Of a stretch of DNA of 64,000 bases, positions 20,159 through 30,275 are shown one piece after another. Under the pieces are notes generated by a model. It had not been told where the DNA came from. It searched no databases and was given only the letters and a program-made list of their open reading frames with translations. The DNA comes from Bacteroidota bacterium (lineage in GTDB: Bacteria > Bacteroidota > Bacteroidia > UKL13-3), in NCBI GenBank assembly GCA_947477885.1, contig CANJUD010000004.1, forward strand, positions 164,997 through 228,996, given 5' to 3'. Made by a program: the position numbers and the translations under genes. Positions within the stretch are counted from its first letter, which is position 1; the number at the start of each line of letters is the position of its first letter.

Positions 20159-22450
20159 ATGCGGAAACTACTTTCTATTGCCCTAGTATTGTTATGTTGC
20201 AAAAACATGTATTCACAGAGTGCGGGGTGGCAGTGGGTGGATAATAAGGAGGCCAAAAATTGGGGAGCAGCCAACACTTCAATTGTGAATGATAACAATT
20301 GCAATCTGTATTCACTATCGTTATATCAGCAAACAAATGGGGACACCCTTATTTCAAAATTTTCTAAAGATGGGAAATGTATCGGTGCAGCTGTAGTTCC
20401 GCAGAAGAAAGTCACAGTAATAAGTGGAGAAATAAAAATTCAAGATAGTCTAATAAAATGTGTGGTGGTATTTGCATTTAATGATACTTTAATCTTTGGG
20501 AAAGATACCATACTACCAGATTACCCATCAGTTAATAGAATTATTTTATATATTGAACTTGCTGCAACAGACTTAAGTTATATAAAAGCAAAAAAAATAG
20601 TACGAGTAAATAATAGCTTCAATTCAATAACCACTTATGATTTTGAAATTATAAATAATTCCATAATTATTGAGGCTTCATTCAATTATGATTCGTTGAT
20701 TTTTTGTGATAATAGTTCCTATGTACATACACTAGGAAGTAGCTTTTATTGGGGCGTATTAATTAGTTATGATACAAAAAATGAAAAAATTGAATGGAAA
20801 AAAATATACCATAATGATTCTAGTAGTTATATAAAAAATATAAGTAAGAAGGCTGATAATGCTATAATTCTTGGCTTCAGCAAAAACGATGTATTTAGTC
20901 CCTATTATAATAATTTTGCTGAAATAATTGACCCAAAAGGAAAAGTACTTATTCATCATGATTTTAACAACCAAAATGCTCAAATCAATAAAATAATAAG
21001 TAATAACTCTCATATCTATTTATCTGGCCAAGCAAATGATGATACTGTAATAATTAATAATAAAATATACTCCATAACATACGGTAGTTTTTTTATAGCT
21101 GAATTAGACAATAAATTAAACACCATTTGGATAAAATTCGGGACGGGGAAGATTGTCGATATGATAGTCGATAAAAAAAATATAGTTACGGTACTTGGCG
21201 AATTCGGCAATACGCTACAATATCAAAACTATCGTTTTCAAAATCCGTTTATCAAGCAATATCATGATGCTGATTTTGAAATGTTTTTTATGCGGCTCGA
21301 TTCCGTAGGAAATTTGAAATACATTGAACATCATGAAGTTCCTTTTCACCACCATGCTATCAAGATATCAGCAAATGAGAATGATATTTTCTTTTCGGGA
21401 ACATTTCACTATGAGACTAAACCCTATACAACATACTTTGGGAATATCCCAATATTCATTGATACTGGTGAATATAATTATGTCGCTAGATACACCGTTT
21501 CAAAACTATTCTTCAATATATACTTAGGCACTTGCAAAGATTCAATTATTGTAGAGCATGACCCAGAATACACCACCTTCAACTGGTTCCTCAATGATAC
21601 CATCTATATAGGCAGTGGCGAAAAAATAAAATGGAATACCAACTATCCTCCTGGTAAATACAACATAAAAGTTGTAGCATCGGGGGCGATTGTATGCGAT
21701 GCAGAATATAAGGACACACTTACTTATGTAAACCCGCTGCCACCTGTAGATATAGGCAGCGACACTAGCATGTGTATACATGATAGTTTGGTTTTAAAAG
21801 CAAATATTATAGGGAATTATACTTGGAATACGCATGATACTACAGCAAATATCACGATAAAAAAAGCAGGAAAATATTTTGTAACCGTATACGATTCTGC
21901 CAAATGTTTTGTGAGTGATTCTATTATAGTAAATTATTTCCCCCAACAAAAACTAAACCTTGGCCGTGATTTCTCTTACTGTATTGACAGCGGTTTGCCG
22001 CAATTGGATGTTGCAGGTTATAAATACTATTTGTGGAGCACAGGCGAAACATCATCATCTATTCAAATAAAAGATCCTGCTCAATATAGTTTGCTCGTTA
22101 CTGATAGTTTTAATTGCAAACAATATGATACTATAGAAATAGCAGAAGTCTGTCCACCAAAAGTATACGTACCCAACAGCTTTACCCCCAATGGCGACGG
22201 CCTTAATGATATATTCAAACCCAGTGCATCATTTGTAGAAAAATATACCCTCACCATCTATAATAAATGGGGCGAACTCATCTATACCGGCACCGAAAAA
22301 GATGAAGGCTGGAATGGAAAATACAGAAACACAGAAGCCAAAGAAGATATATATATTTGGCTTCTAACCTGGACAGGAAAACGAGACGTTAATTATGATA
22401 TTAACGGCACGCAACAAGGAACAGTAACCTTAATTAGAAAAGCAAAATAA
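20159..22450 (+). CDS. T9SS type-B (gliding-motility-associated) C-terminal-domain protein
   Basis: It has a signal peptide. The C-terminus VPNSFTPNGDGLNDIFKP...YNKWGELIY...GWNGK matches the SprB-type CTD (TIGR04131). Confidence 0.85.
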   Translation: MRKLLSIALVLLCCKNMYSQSAGWQWVDNKEAKNWGAANTSIVNDNNCNLYSLSLYQQTNGDTLISKFSKDGKCIGAAVVPQKKVTVISGEIKIQDSLIKCVVVFAFNDTLIFGKDTILPDYPSVNRIILYIELAATDLSYIKAKKIVRVNNSFNSITTYDFEIINNSIIIEASFNYDSLIFCDNSSYVHTLGSSFYWGVLISYDTKNEKIEWKKIYHNDSSSYIKNISKKADNAIILGFSKNDVFSPYYNNFAEIIDPKGKVLIHHDFNNQNAQINKIISNNSHIYLSGQANDDTVIINNKIYSITYGSFFIAELDNKLNTIWIKFGTGKIVDMIVDKKNIVTVLGEFGNTLQYQNYRFQNPFIKQYHDADFEMFFMRLDSVGNLKYIEHHEVPFHHHAIKISANENDIFFSGTFHYETKPYTTYFGNIPIFIDTGEYNYVARYTVSKLFFNIYLGTCKDSIIVEHDPEYTTFNWFLNDTIYIGSGEKIKWNTNYPPGKYNIKVVASGAIVCDAEYKDTLTYVNPLPPVDIGSDTSMCIHDSLVLKANIIGNYTWNTHDTTANITIKKAGKYFVTVYDSAKCFVSDSIIVNYFPQQKLNLGRDFSYCIDSGLPQLDVAGYKYYLWSTGETSSSIQIKDPAQYSLLVTDSFNCKQYDTIEIAEVCPPKVYVPNSFTPNGDGLNDIFKPSASFVEKYTLTIYNKWGELIYTGTEKDEGWNGKYRNTEAKEDIYIWLLTWTGKRDVNYDINGTQQGTVTLIRKAK

Positions 22451-22451
22451 A

Positions 22452-23810
22452 CTACCTTTCTATTACAATTCTCTTCGCACTAACCCCAATACCATCAATC
22501 ACCTTCAGCATATACACACCACGCGATAAATCGGAAATATCTATGATATTATTTGCAGCATTATTATAACTATTTTGTTTCAACAATTTACCATCAACTG
22601 AATAAATTTCAGTTTTAAACTTTGAAAGAGAAGTATTTGAAATGGCAATATAATCATTTGCAGGGTTTGGGTAAATCTGAACATCGTTTGAGTTATTCAC
22701 CTCAGATATCGCATTAATAAAAGTAAACTTAGCTACGTAGTTACTTCCGCTTAAATTTTTAAAATTACCTCCAGCATATACACTCCCTTTGCTATCAGCA
22801 CTTATTGCATTGATAAAATCTCCCGCATTAAGTGGAGAAGCACCGGCACCCAATTCACTCCATTTGGTACCATTCCATTTAGCTACATATTGTTTGCCAC
22901 CTGCATTGGTAAATTTACCTGCTGCATATATATAACCTTTGTTTCCAATGCATATAGAATTTATATCATCATTGGCAGCTATTGAATTGCTTCCACCTCC
23001 AACTTCATTCCAGTCAGTTCCATTATACATGGCTATTGAATAGTCGCCATTGGTATTGGTAAAACCTCCGCCAGCGTAGACGTTGCCAGCAATATCAGTA
23101 CATACTGAATTAATATAATCATTGGCATCTAATGGCGTAGCACTTGCACCACCCAGTTCGCTCCATTTGTCGCCATCCCATTTGGCCACATATTTCATCC
23201 CGCCTATGTTTGTAATCCTTCCAGCAGCATATACATTGCCAGCCGTATCTACCGCAATGGAGTATATCAAACTATCACTGTTCAAGCCTTTGGCACCACC
23301 GCCCATTTCTGCCCATTGGGTACCGTCCCATTTAGAAACATAATATTTGCCGTTGCTATTTTTAAAAGCACCTGCTGCATATACATTGCCTTTGTTATCA
23401 ACACAAATTGAATTTATGTCGCCTACCACGCCTAGTGCGCTGCCACCGCCAATTTCGACCCATTTGGCTCCATTCCATTTTGCTACGTAGTTTTTAAATG
23501 TAGTATTTGTAAATTTTCCGGCTGCATATACATTTCCTGCAGCATCAGAGCATATTGATTGAATATAATTATTTGCATAAAGTGAAGTAGCTCCAGTTCC
23601 CATTTCGGCCCAAGCAGTGCCATCCCATTTTACTACAATAAAATCGCCGTTGGTGTTTTTAAACTTGCCTCCTGCATAGGCATTGCCATTGGCATCGCAA
23701 TGTACTGCCAATATTAAATTGTTTGCTTTTAATGAACCTGGCTCTCCCCAGTTTTGGGCAAAAGAGATTGAACTTATTGAAAGAAGTGCGATGAGTAAAA
23801 TATTTTTCAT
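22452..23810 (-). CDS. SBBP beta-propeller-repeat protein with T9SS type-A CTD
   Basis: There are about 9 repeats of GNVYAAGxFTN..G..YVAKWDGTxWxELGGG. The C-terminus reads IYPNPANDYIAISNT...GVYMLKVIDGIGVSAKRIVIER. Confidence 0.82.
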   Translation of the reverse strand: MKNILLIALLSISSISFAQNWGEPGSLKANNLILAVHCDANGNAYAGGKFKNTNGDFIVVKWDGTAWAEMGTGATSLYANNYIQSICSDAAGNVYAAGKFTNTTFKNYVAKWNGAKWVEIGGGSALGVVGDINSICVDNKGNVYAAGAFKNSNGKYYVSKWDGTQWAEMGGGAKGLNSDSLIYSIAVDTAGNVYAAGRITNIGGMKYVAKWDGDKWSELGGASATPLDANDYINSVCTDIAGNVYAGGGFTNTNGDYSIAMYNGTDWNEVGGGSNSIAANDDINSICIGNKGYIYAAGKFTNAGGKQYVAKWNGTKWSELGAGASPLNAGDFINAISADSKGSVYAGGNFKNLSGSNYVAKFTFINAISEVNNSNDVQIYPNPANDYIAISNTSLSKFKTEIYSVDGKLLKQNSYNNAANNIIDISDLSRGVYMLKVIDGIGVSAKRIVIER

Positions 23811-23903
23811 TATAGTATTTGGTTATTTTGCTTACTCTAAAAGGTTTTCAGCTCTCCCCTGTTTTTAATTATGCGGGCAAATATAGGGTTTGATAGAGAA
23901 ATA

Positions 23904-25355
23904 TTACTTCCTCTTCGACCTATCTTTAATCTCTTCCAACAATAAATCAATAGATGTAGCATCCTCATTTGTTTTTATGAGAGAGCCTTTTCCAAGATCA
24001 ACTATTTCTTGTAATTTTTTAGCAGCAGTTTCAGATATGCCCAGCATGAGCACCGATAATATAATAGGATCAGCTTCGCGGCCACTAAATGTTTGCATCA
24101 GTATTCTATCTTCAGGCGAAAGGCGGAAAACACCATCGGTAGCTAGAATTATTTGATTATTACCGCCAACTATCAGCGACTTGTTTGCAAGTTCGTAGGC
24201 CAGCTCAATGCCTTTATTTGCATTGGTCATTCCATTTGCTTTTAAGCTATCAAGGGTTTTATAGAATAATTTTTTTTCGATGGCTGGTGTTGGGGGAACC
24301 ATCATACGGGCCGTTTGACTGAACACAATAATACTCACCCGATCTACTGGCCTCAGTTTTTCTATAAGTTCGTGCGACTGTTTTATAAATAAATCCAATC
24401 TATCTGGCTTGGCCATGGAGCCTGAAATATCTATTAGTAATACAATATTGTTTGGGGTAAAAAACAAAGGATTCAATTTACCATCAATAATCTCAGTTTG
24501 CAGAACAGGAATAACATTGGGTTCTACTTTTTTAAATGGGATTGAATCTACCGTAGGTTCAACTTTAGTTACTTTTATAGGTTCTGTTTTTTCAACTTTT
24601 ACAGCAATAGTTTCAATACGCTCAGTCTCAATTTTTTTAGCAATGGTTTCAGGTATAATCATTTTGCCTGTATCATAACTAATTTGGTCAAGCTCTATAA
24701 TAAATTTGGTTGATTCCCGATTCAAATACTTCTCTACTACTTTGCCCTTATGCCCATCGGCCGAGGTTCTTACCTCATATAAACCTGGCGATACATTATA
24801 TTGTATCGCACCATCAATTTTGGTATAACCAAAAAACGAACGAAAACTCCCATCGAATACTTGGAAAAAAGCTCCATCAATAGGTAATTTGGTTTTGGCA
24901 TCAATAACCAAAGCATCTAATTTGGGGATGACTCCCAACTTAAACAAATCGGGATGAGCATCGCGGAATGAATAGCAAGGCATTGGGTCATCTTTGACCA
25001 CTTCTTTTATCACACCCTTCATTTCAAGCACCGTTGGTTTTGAATCGGTACTAAGGTAAACAGTTATTTTCTCATTGAAAGGGCCAGCTTTATCAGGGGT
25101 ATAATAAATGCGGATGGTGTCGCTCTGCCCTGGCTTAATAGGTGCTCGGGCAAATGACCATGTGAAATTATTGGCCCCATCTAACCGCAATATAAAAGCT
25201 TCTTCGGTACCTGTATTGGTTACAACAAATTCTGAGAAAAGTATTTTAGCCTTGGAGACTGTTCCATAATCGTTGCTCTTGTTTTGGAATGCGAGTTGTG
25301 CATTTGCATTAGCCACGTAAGCCAAACAAAAAAACATGAAATATTTTTTTATCAT
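23904..25355 (-). CDS. secreted DUF1573 + von Willebrand factor A domain protein
   Basis: After the signal peptide there is an N-terminal DUF1573-like motif, NDYGTVSKAKILFSEFVVTNTGTEEAFI. A MIDAS motif, LLIDISGSM, is followed downstream by ...ILATDG. Confidence 0.75.
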   Translation of the reverse strand: MIKKYFMFFCLAYVANANAQLAFQNKSNDYGTVSKAKILFSEFVVTNTGTEEAFILRLDGANNFTWSFARAPIKPGQSDTIRIYYTPDKAGPFNEKITVYLSTDSKPTVLEMKGVIKEVVKDDPMPCYSFRDAHPDLFKLGVIPKLDALVIDAKTKLPIDGAFFQVFDGSFRSFFGYTKIDGAIQYNVSPGLYEVRTSADGHKGKVVEKYLNRESTKFIIELDQISYDTGKMIIPETIAKKIETERIETIAVKVEKTEPIKVTKVEPTVDSIPFKKVEPNVIPVLQTEIIDGKLNPLFFTPNNIVLLIDISGSMAKPDRLDLFIKQSHELIEKLRPVDRVSIIVFSQTARMMVPPTPAIEKKLFYKTLDSLKANGMTNANKGIELAYELANKSLIVGGNNQIILATDGVFRLSPEDRILMQTFSGREADPIILSVLMLGISETAAKKLQEIVDLGKGSLIKTNEDATSIDLLLEEIKDRSKRK

Positions 25356-25405
25356 TCAGAATGGATTGAACAAAAACCTTGCCTGCTATATTTATTATGC
25401 GGCGA

Positions 25406-25990
25406 TTAATGATAATGAGCGGTAAAACTCGCACTATCTCTTAAATGTCCTTGCATTGCGCTCCACACTTTTGCCCTGGTGGTACCATCAGTTAAAGTAA
25501 GTCTGCAATCTATTGCATACAACCTGAATGAGTATGTGTGTACCTCTACTCCCGGAGGGCTTGGAGGGCCATATTGTGGCTGCCCTAATTCATTATTGGC
25601 AATATTTGCACCAGTTGGCAATTTGTAAAATAAGTTTATGCCTTCGCTTATCGAGCGGCAGGTATCAGGAATATTGAAAACGCACCAGTTGGTAGTAGCA
25701 TGTTTCCAAGTAGCTACATTGCTAGGGGTTGGGTCGTCCATTATAAGAACATAAGATACAGTAGTTGAAGGCGGATTAACCCAGGCAAGAGGCGGGAAAA
25801 CTGATTTGGCAACATCAGTAGTGTATTTAACAGGTAGCAAGCCACCGTCATTAAATGAGGAACTGCTAAGGGCAAACTTGTTTGCGTTATTGTTGATATT
25901 TGTGTTATTAGTGCTTGAAGTATCTTTCTTCTTGCAGCTAAAAGCAATAGCCACACAAATGCAAGTGGCAATGAGCAATGATTTTTTCAT
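25406..25990 (-). CDS. YbhB/YbcL (PEBP) family lipoprotein
   Basis: It has a lipobox (IAFSC). The PEBP core reads SYVLIMDDPTP ... PPSPPGVEVHTYSFRLYAID. Confidence 0.75.
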   Translation of the reverse strand: MKKSLLIATCICVAIAFSCKKKDTSSTNNTNINNNANKFALSSSSFNDGGLLPVKYTTDVAKSVFPPLAWVNPPSTTVSYVLIMDDPTPSNVATWKHATTNWCVFNIPDTCRSISEGINLFYKLPTGANIANNELGQPQYGPPSPPGVEVHTYSFRLYAIDCRLTLTDGTTRAKVWSAMQGHLRDSASFTAHYH

Positions 25991-26074
25991 ATTAAAATTT
26001 GGTTATTGGGTTATAAGGATTAGTACTATATTTTTGCACCCGCAATTTTAACTCATAAATTTATTAATCTAAGA

Positions 26075-28024
26075 ATGTTCAGTAAAATTTTTTCTACAAT
26101 CGTGTTCACGGTGTTTGTAATTTCTGCAAATGCCCAATCTCCTAACATTTTCACGTACGGCAACGATGCTGTAAGCCGCTCAGAGTTCGAAAGAGTGTAC
26201 ATGAAAAACAATCCCAAAGGCCAGATGCCTGACAATAAAAGTATTGATGAGTATTTAGATTTGTACATCAATTTTAAATTAAAAGTAAAAGAAGCGACCA
26301 TTCTGGGTATGGACACCGCTGAGGCTTACAGAAAAGAGCTTGCTGGCTATCGCAAACAATTGGCTCAACCTTATCTTAGTGATAAAAATGTAACCGAAAA
26401 ACTTATCAAAGAAGCTTATGATCGTTCACAGATTGAAGTGAAGGCGTCGCATATTTTGGTTTTTCTGGATGAGTATGCGCTACCAAAAGATACGCTTGCT
26501 GCTTATGGAAAGATCATGAAAATCCGCAACGAAATTATTATTGGTGGCGAAAGTTTTGATAGTGTTGCTACCCGCAGCAGTGAAGACCCATCCGCCAAAT
26601 TCAATAATGGAGACCTAGGATATTTTACTGCTTTCAATTTGATTTATTCATTTGAGAGCATGGCTTACAATTCTACAATTGGTGATGTTAGTTTGCCATT
26701 CCGCACCCGTTTCGGTTATCATATTCTTAAGGTAACTGATAAGCGTGCTGCCCGCCCCGATTTGAAAATCGCACACATCATGCTCAAAACTTCAACTGAT
26801 GCAGTTGCTAACCAACAGGTAAAAAGTAAAATAGATAGTTTATATAACAGAATAAACATGGGCAGTGCATTTGAAGAATTATGTAAAAAGTTTTCGCAAG
26901 ATGAAGGAACAGCTACTAAAGGCGGTGTACTAAACATTATTCAAAGTCTTGATACCCGTTGGCCTCCCGATTTTAAAGAAGCTGCTTATTCTTTGAAAAA
27001 AGAAGGCGATGCGAGCACCCCTATTAAAACAAATTATGGCTGGCATATACTCAAACTTATTGAAATTAAACCAATTCAAGATTACGAAAACAAAAAAGAA
27101 GAGCTAAGGATGCGTGTGAACAAAGACATGCGTTCAGAAATGAACAAAGAAAGCGTGATTGAGCGTATCAAAAAAGAAAATGGCTTTAAAGAGAAGCCTG
27201 CTAATTTGAAAAAGTATTATAATGTGGTGGACTCAAGTATACTTGCTGGCAAATGGAAAGGTAATGCCAAAAACAAGATGATGAAGAAGCCTTTATTCAA
27301 GCTGGGAGATAAAAACTTCACTGGATTAGATTTCGCAAATTATATATCCGATTACCAAACTCCTCGCACCAATGCGGGTATTATACCTGTGGTGAATAGT
27401 TATTATGCTGAGTTTGTAAAACAAAGTGTATTAGGTTTTGAGGAAGAACATTTGGAAGGCAAGAATGACACCTTTAAAAATCTATTTAAAGAGTATCATG
27501 ATGGCATTTTACTTTTTGAATTGAATGATAAAAAAGTGTGGAGCAAAGCCACTACCGATACTCTTGGATTAAAGAATTTCTACGAGCAAAACAACGCCAA
27601 CTACCTATGGAAAGACCGTGCAGACGCAGCTTTGATAGATTGCGACAATAATGCAACTGCGACGGCTGTTGCCAAAATGATAACTAGCGGCAAGGCGGCA
27701 GATGAGATTCAGAAAGAATTGAATGAGAAAAATGCACTTGCCATTGGCTTAAAAGAAAGTAAATTTGAAAAAGGGGAAAACTCATTATTGGATTCGCTGG
27801 GCTGGAAAAAAGGTGTGAACTCTTATAATTTCCCTGATGGCCATATAACCATTGTTTGGATAAAAGATATAATACCTGCTGGGCCAAAAAAAATGCAAGA
27901 AGCCAAAGGAATTATCACAGCTGATTATCAAACTTACTTGGATAAGGAATGGATAAAAGAACTGCGTGAAAAATATCCTGTAAAAGTTGACCAAGCTATT
28001 AAGACGGCCTTGTTTTCTAAATAA
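26075..28024 (+). CDS. peptidyl-prolyl cis-trans isomerase, SurA/parvulin family (649 aa)
   Basis: It has a signal peptide and a PpiC rotamase region, GDLGYFTAFNLIYSFESMAYNSTIGDVSLPFRTRFGYHILKV. Confidence 0.82.
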   Translation: MFSKIFSTIVFTVFVISANAQSPNIFTYGNDAVSRSEFERVYMKNNPKGQMPDNKSIDEYLDLYINFKLKVKEATILGMDTAEAYRKELAGYRKQLAQPYLSDKNVTEKLIKEAYDRSQIEVKASHILVFLDEYALPKDTLAAYGKIMKIRNEIIIGGESFDSVATRSSEDPSAKFNNGDLGYFTAFNLIYSFESMAYNSTIGDVSLPFRTRFGYHILKVTDKRAARPDLKIAHIMLKTSTDAVANQQVKSKIDSLYNRINMGSAFEELCKKFSQDEGTATKGGVLNIIQSLDTRWPPDFKEAAYSLKKEGDASTPIKTNYGWHILKLIEIKPIQDYENKKEELRMRVNKDMRSEMNKESVIERIKKENGFKEKPANLKKYYNVVDSSILAGKWKGNAKNKMMKKPLFKLGDKNFTGLDFANYISDYQTPRTNAGIIPVVNSYYAEFVKQSVLGFEEEHLEGKNDTFKNLFKEYHDGILLFELNDKKVWSKATTDTLGLKNFYEQNNANYLWKDRADAALIDCDNNATATAVAKMITSGKAADEIQKELNEKNALAIGLKESKFEKGENSLLDSLGWKKGVNSYNFPDGHITIVWIKDIIPAGPKKMQEAKGIITADYQTYLDKEWIKELREKYPVKVDQAIKTALFSK

Positions 28025-28890
28025 TGTACAACTCAGCAAAGTTTGGCTTTTTAATATATTGCTTGCTTTGTATGGCACTCATGCTAAGCTCCAGTTGCAA
28101 AAACGACAAAGGGAGAAAACTAGCTAGGGTTGGCGACAACTACCTATACAGTTCCGATTTAAATGGATTGATCACACCCAATACCAATGCGGCCGATAGC
28201 GAACGATTTGCAAAAAACTACGTTCGCAATTGGGTGGAACAGCAGGTATTGATGATGGAGGCGGACAAAATACTTACTGATGAAGAAAAGAACAAAGACA
28301 TTCAAATAGCCGATTATAAGAACTCTTTAATGATTGAATCATTGCGGCAAAATATTGTGAACCAAAATGCAGATACCACCGTTACCACTGCCGAAATAAA
28401 GGAGTATTACATGAAAAACCGCAAAGAGTTTGAACTTAAAACTAATTTGCTGCGACTTAATTACTTCAAATTTAAAAAAGGGATAACCGGCATTGAGAAA
28501 GCCCGCCAATGGTTTTTAGCTGATGATGTGAACCAAACAGCTAAATTGATGGATTATAGCAGAGTATTTGCGGAATTCACTTTTGTAAATGATACAGTTT
28601 GGCTCAAGTTTGATGATATTGCCAAGGAGATTCCGCTGAAAGCATATAATGAAGAACAGTTTCTTACTAATAACCGAAAAACGATTTTGGAAGATGCCCT
28701 GTTTCTTTATTTTGTAGATATAAAAGATAGCCGTATTAGAAGCGGAGTATCACCACTGGAACTTGAACTGGATAATATCCGAAACATTATCAGTAACAAA
28801 AAGAAGATTGACGCCGTTAAGAAAAAAGAAATTGAATTGCTGCGCAACGCCGAAAAAGAAGGCATAACCGAAATATACAAAACTCAATGA
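28024..28890 (+). CDS. SurA-N-domain-like chaperone lipoprotein (no rotamase domain)
   Basis: It has a lipobox (LSSSC). It overlaps the upstream PPIase by 1 nt and the downstream one by 4 nt. This is a conserved three-gene arrangement. Confidence 0.55.
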   Translation: MYNSAKFGFLIYCLLCMALMLSSSCKNDKGRKLARVGDNYLYSSDLNGLITPNTNAADSERFAKNYVRNWVEQQVLMMEADKILTDEEKNKDIQIADYKNSLMIESLRQNIVNQNADTTVTTAEIKEYYMKNRKEFELKTNLLRLNYFKFKKGITGIEKARQWFLADDVNQTAKLMDYSRVFAEFTFVNDTVWLKFDDIAKEIPLKAYNEEQFLTNNRKTILEDALFLYFVDIKDSRIRSGVSPLELELDNIRNIISNKKKIDAVKKKEIELLRNAEKEGITEIYKTQ

Positions 28891-30266
28891 GAATTATATT
28901 CATACTATATATACTAACTATTTTGGGAGGCCATAGGGCTCTTGCACAACCTATTCTACCTGCCACCACAGTGGTTAATAAGCCCATTTTGGTTGATGAG
29001 GTAGTAGCAGTTGTAGGAAATAATTATATACTTCGCTCAGATATTGAAATATCCTATTTGCAGCTTAAACGCAACTTTGAAGGCATCAGTCCTGATTCAG
29101 CAAAATGTATTATACTCGATCAGTTATTGGTAGATAAACTGATGTTATATAAAGCTGAAATAGACAGTGTGGTGGTATCGGACGATCGAGTAGAGAGTGA
29201 GATAGAACGAAAGCTTAGAATGCTGTCGCAAGAATATGGTGGCATGGATAAAATGGAGAGCTTTTTGGGTAAAAGTGTGGGAGAACTTAAAAGTGAAAAC
29301 CGTGAAAAAATACGTGTACAGCTCAGAGTACAAGAGATTAGGCAAGGAATTTTAAGAGATGTGAAAGTGGGCCCAAGTGATGTACAAAGTTTCTTTAAAC
29401 AAATACCCAAAGATAGTTTGCCCTATAATAGTGCTGAAGTGGAGGTATCCATTTTTGTAAGAAAACCCCATGTTACCCCCGATGAAAAAGCGTTTGCCTA
29501 TCAAACATTGGTCGAGATTAGAGAACAAGTAATGAATGGGAAAGACTTTGCTAGCATGGCTTTATTATACTCGCAAGATCCTGGTTCAGCTCGCAATGGA
29601 GGTGATTTAAATTATTTTGGCCGCGGTGAAATGATGCCTGAATTTGAAGCCACTGCATTTAAACTAAAACCTGATGAAGTATCGCGTATTATAGAAACAC
29701 CTTTTGGTTATCATATTATAAAATTGATTGATAGAAAAGGTGAAAGAGTGCGAGCAAGACATATATTAATTAAACCCCAAACAATAAACGAAGATGTGAG
29801 AACAGCAAGGCGTTTTTGCGATTCAGTAAGGCTAATGGTGCTAGATAAAAAAGTTACTTTTGAAGACCTTGTGAAAAAATATTCTGATGATGAAGAAAAT
29901 CGTGCCAATGGTGGTTTTATTATCGACCCTTCAACAGGGCAAGCCAGAATAAGTGTAGAAGAACTTGATAAGGAGCTCAACTTTATTATTGAAAAAATGA
30001 TGCCTGGTCAAATATCAGAAGTAATGGATTATGTGATGCCCGATAATACAAAAGCTTATCGTTTATTATATTTGAAAAGCTATGTACCACCGCATGTTAC
30101 CAACCCTGTAACGGATTATCAAAAGATACAAGCATCGACCATGGAACGCAAACGCCAAACTGCACTTGATACTTGGGTTAAACATTACCGCAAAAAAGCG
30201 TATGTTCGCGTAAATACAGATTATTCCAATAGCCCGCTGCTGAAGCGTTGGATTGCTGCTAAATAA
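28887..30266 (+). CDS. peptidyl-prolyl cis-trans isomerase SurA-like
   Basis: It has a signal peptide and a parvulin motif, GGDLNYFGRGEMMPEFEATAFKL...ETPFGYHIIKL. Confidence 0.82.
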   Translation: MRIIFILYILTILGGHRALAQPILPATTVVNKPILVDEVVAVVGNNYILRSDIEISYLQLKRNFEGISPDSAKCIILDQLLVDKLMLYKAEIDSVVVSDDRVESEIERKLRMLSQEYGGMDKMESFLGKSVGELKSENREKIRVQLRVQEIRQGILRDVKVGPSDVQSFFKQIPKDSLPYNSAEVEVSIFVRKPHVTPDEKAFAYQTLVEIREQVMNGKDFASMALLYSQDPGSARNGGDLNYFGRGEMMPEFEATAFKLKPDEVSRIIETPFGYHIIKLIDRKGERVRARHILIKPQTINEDVRTARRFCDSVRLMVLDKKVTFEDLVKKYSDDEENRANGGFIIDPSTGQARISVEELDKELNFIIEKMMPGQISEVMDYVMPDNTKAYRLLYLKSYVPPHVTNPVTDYQKIQASTMERKRQTALDTWVKHYRKKAYVRVNTDYSNSPLLKRWIAAK

Positions 30267-30275
30267 TTTACAATC

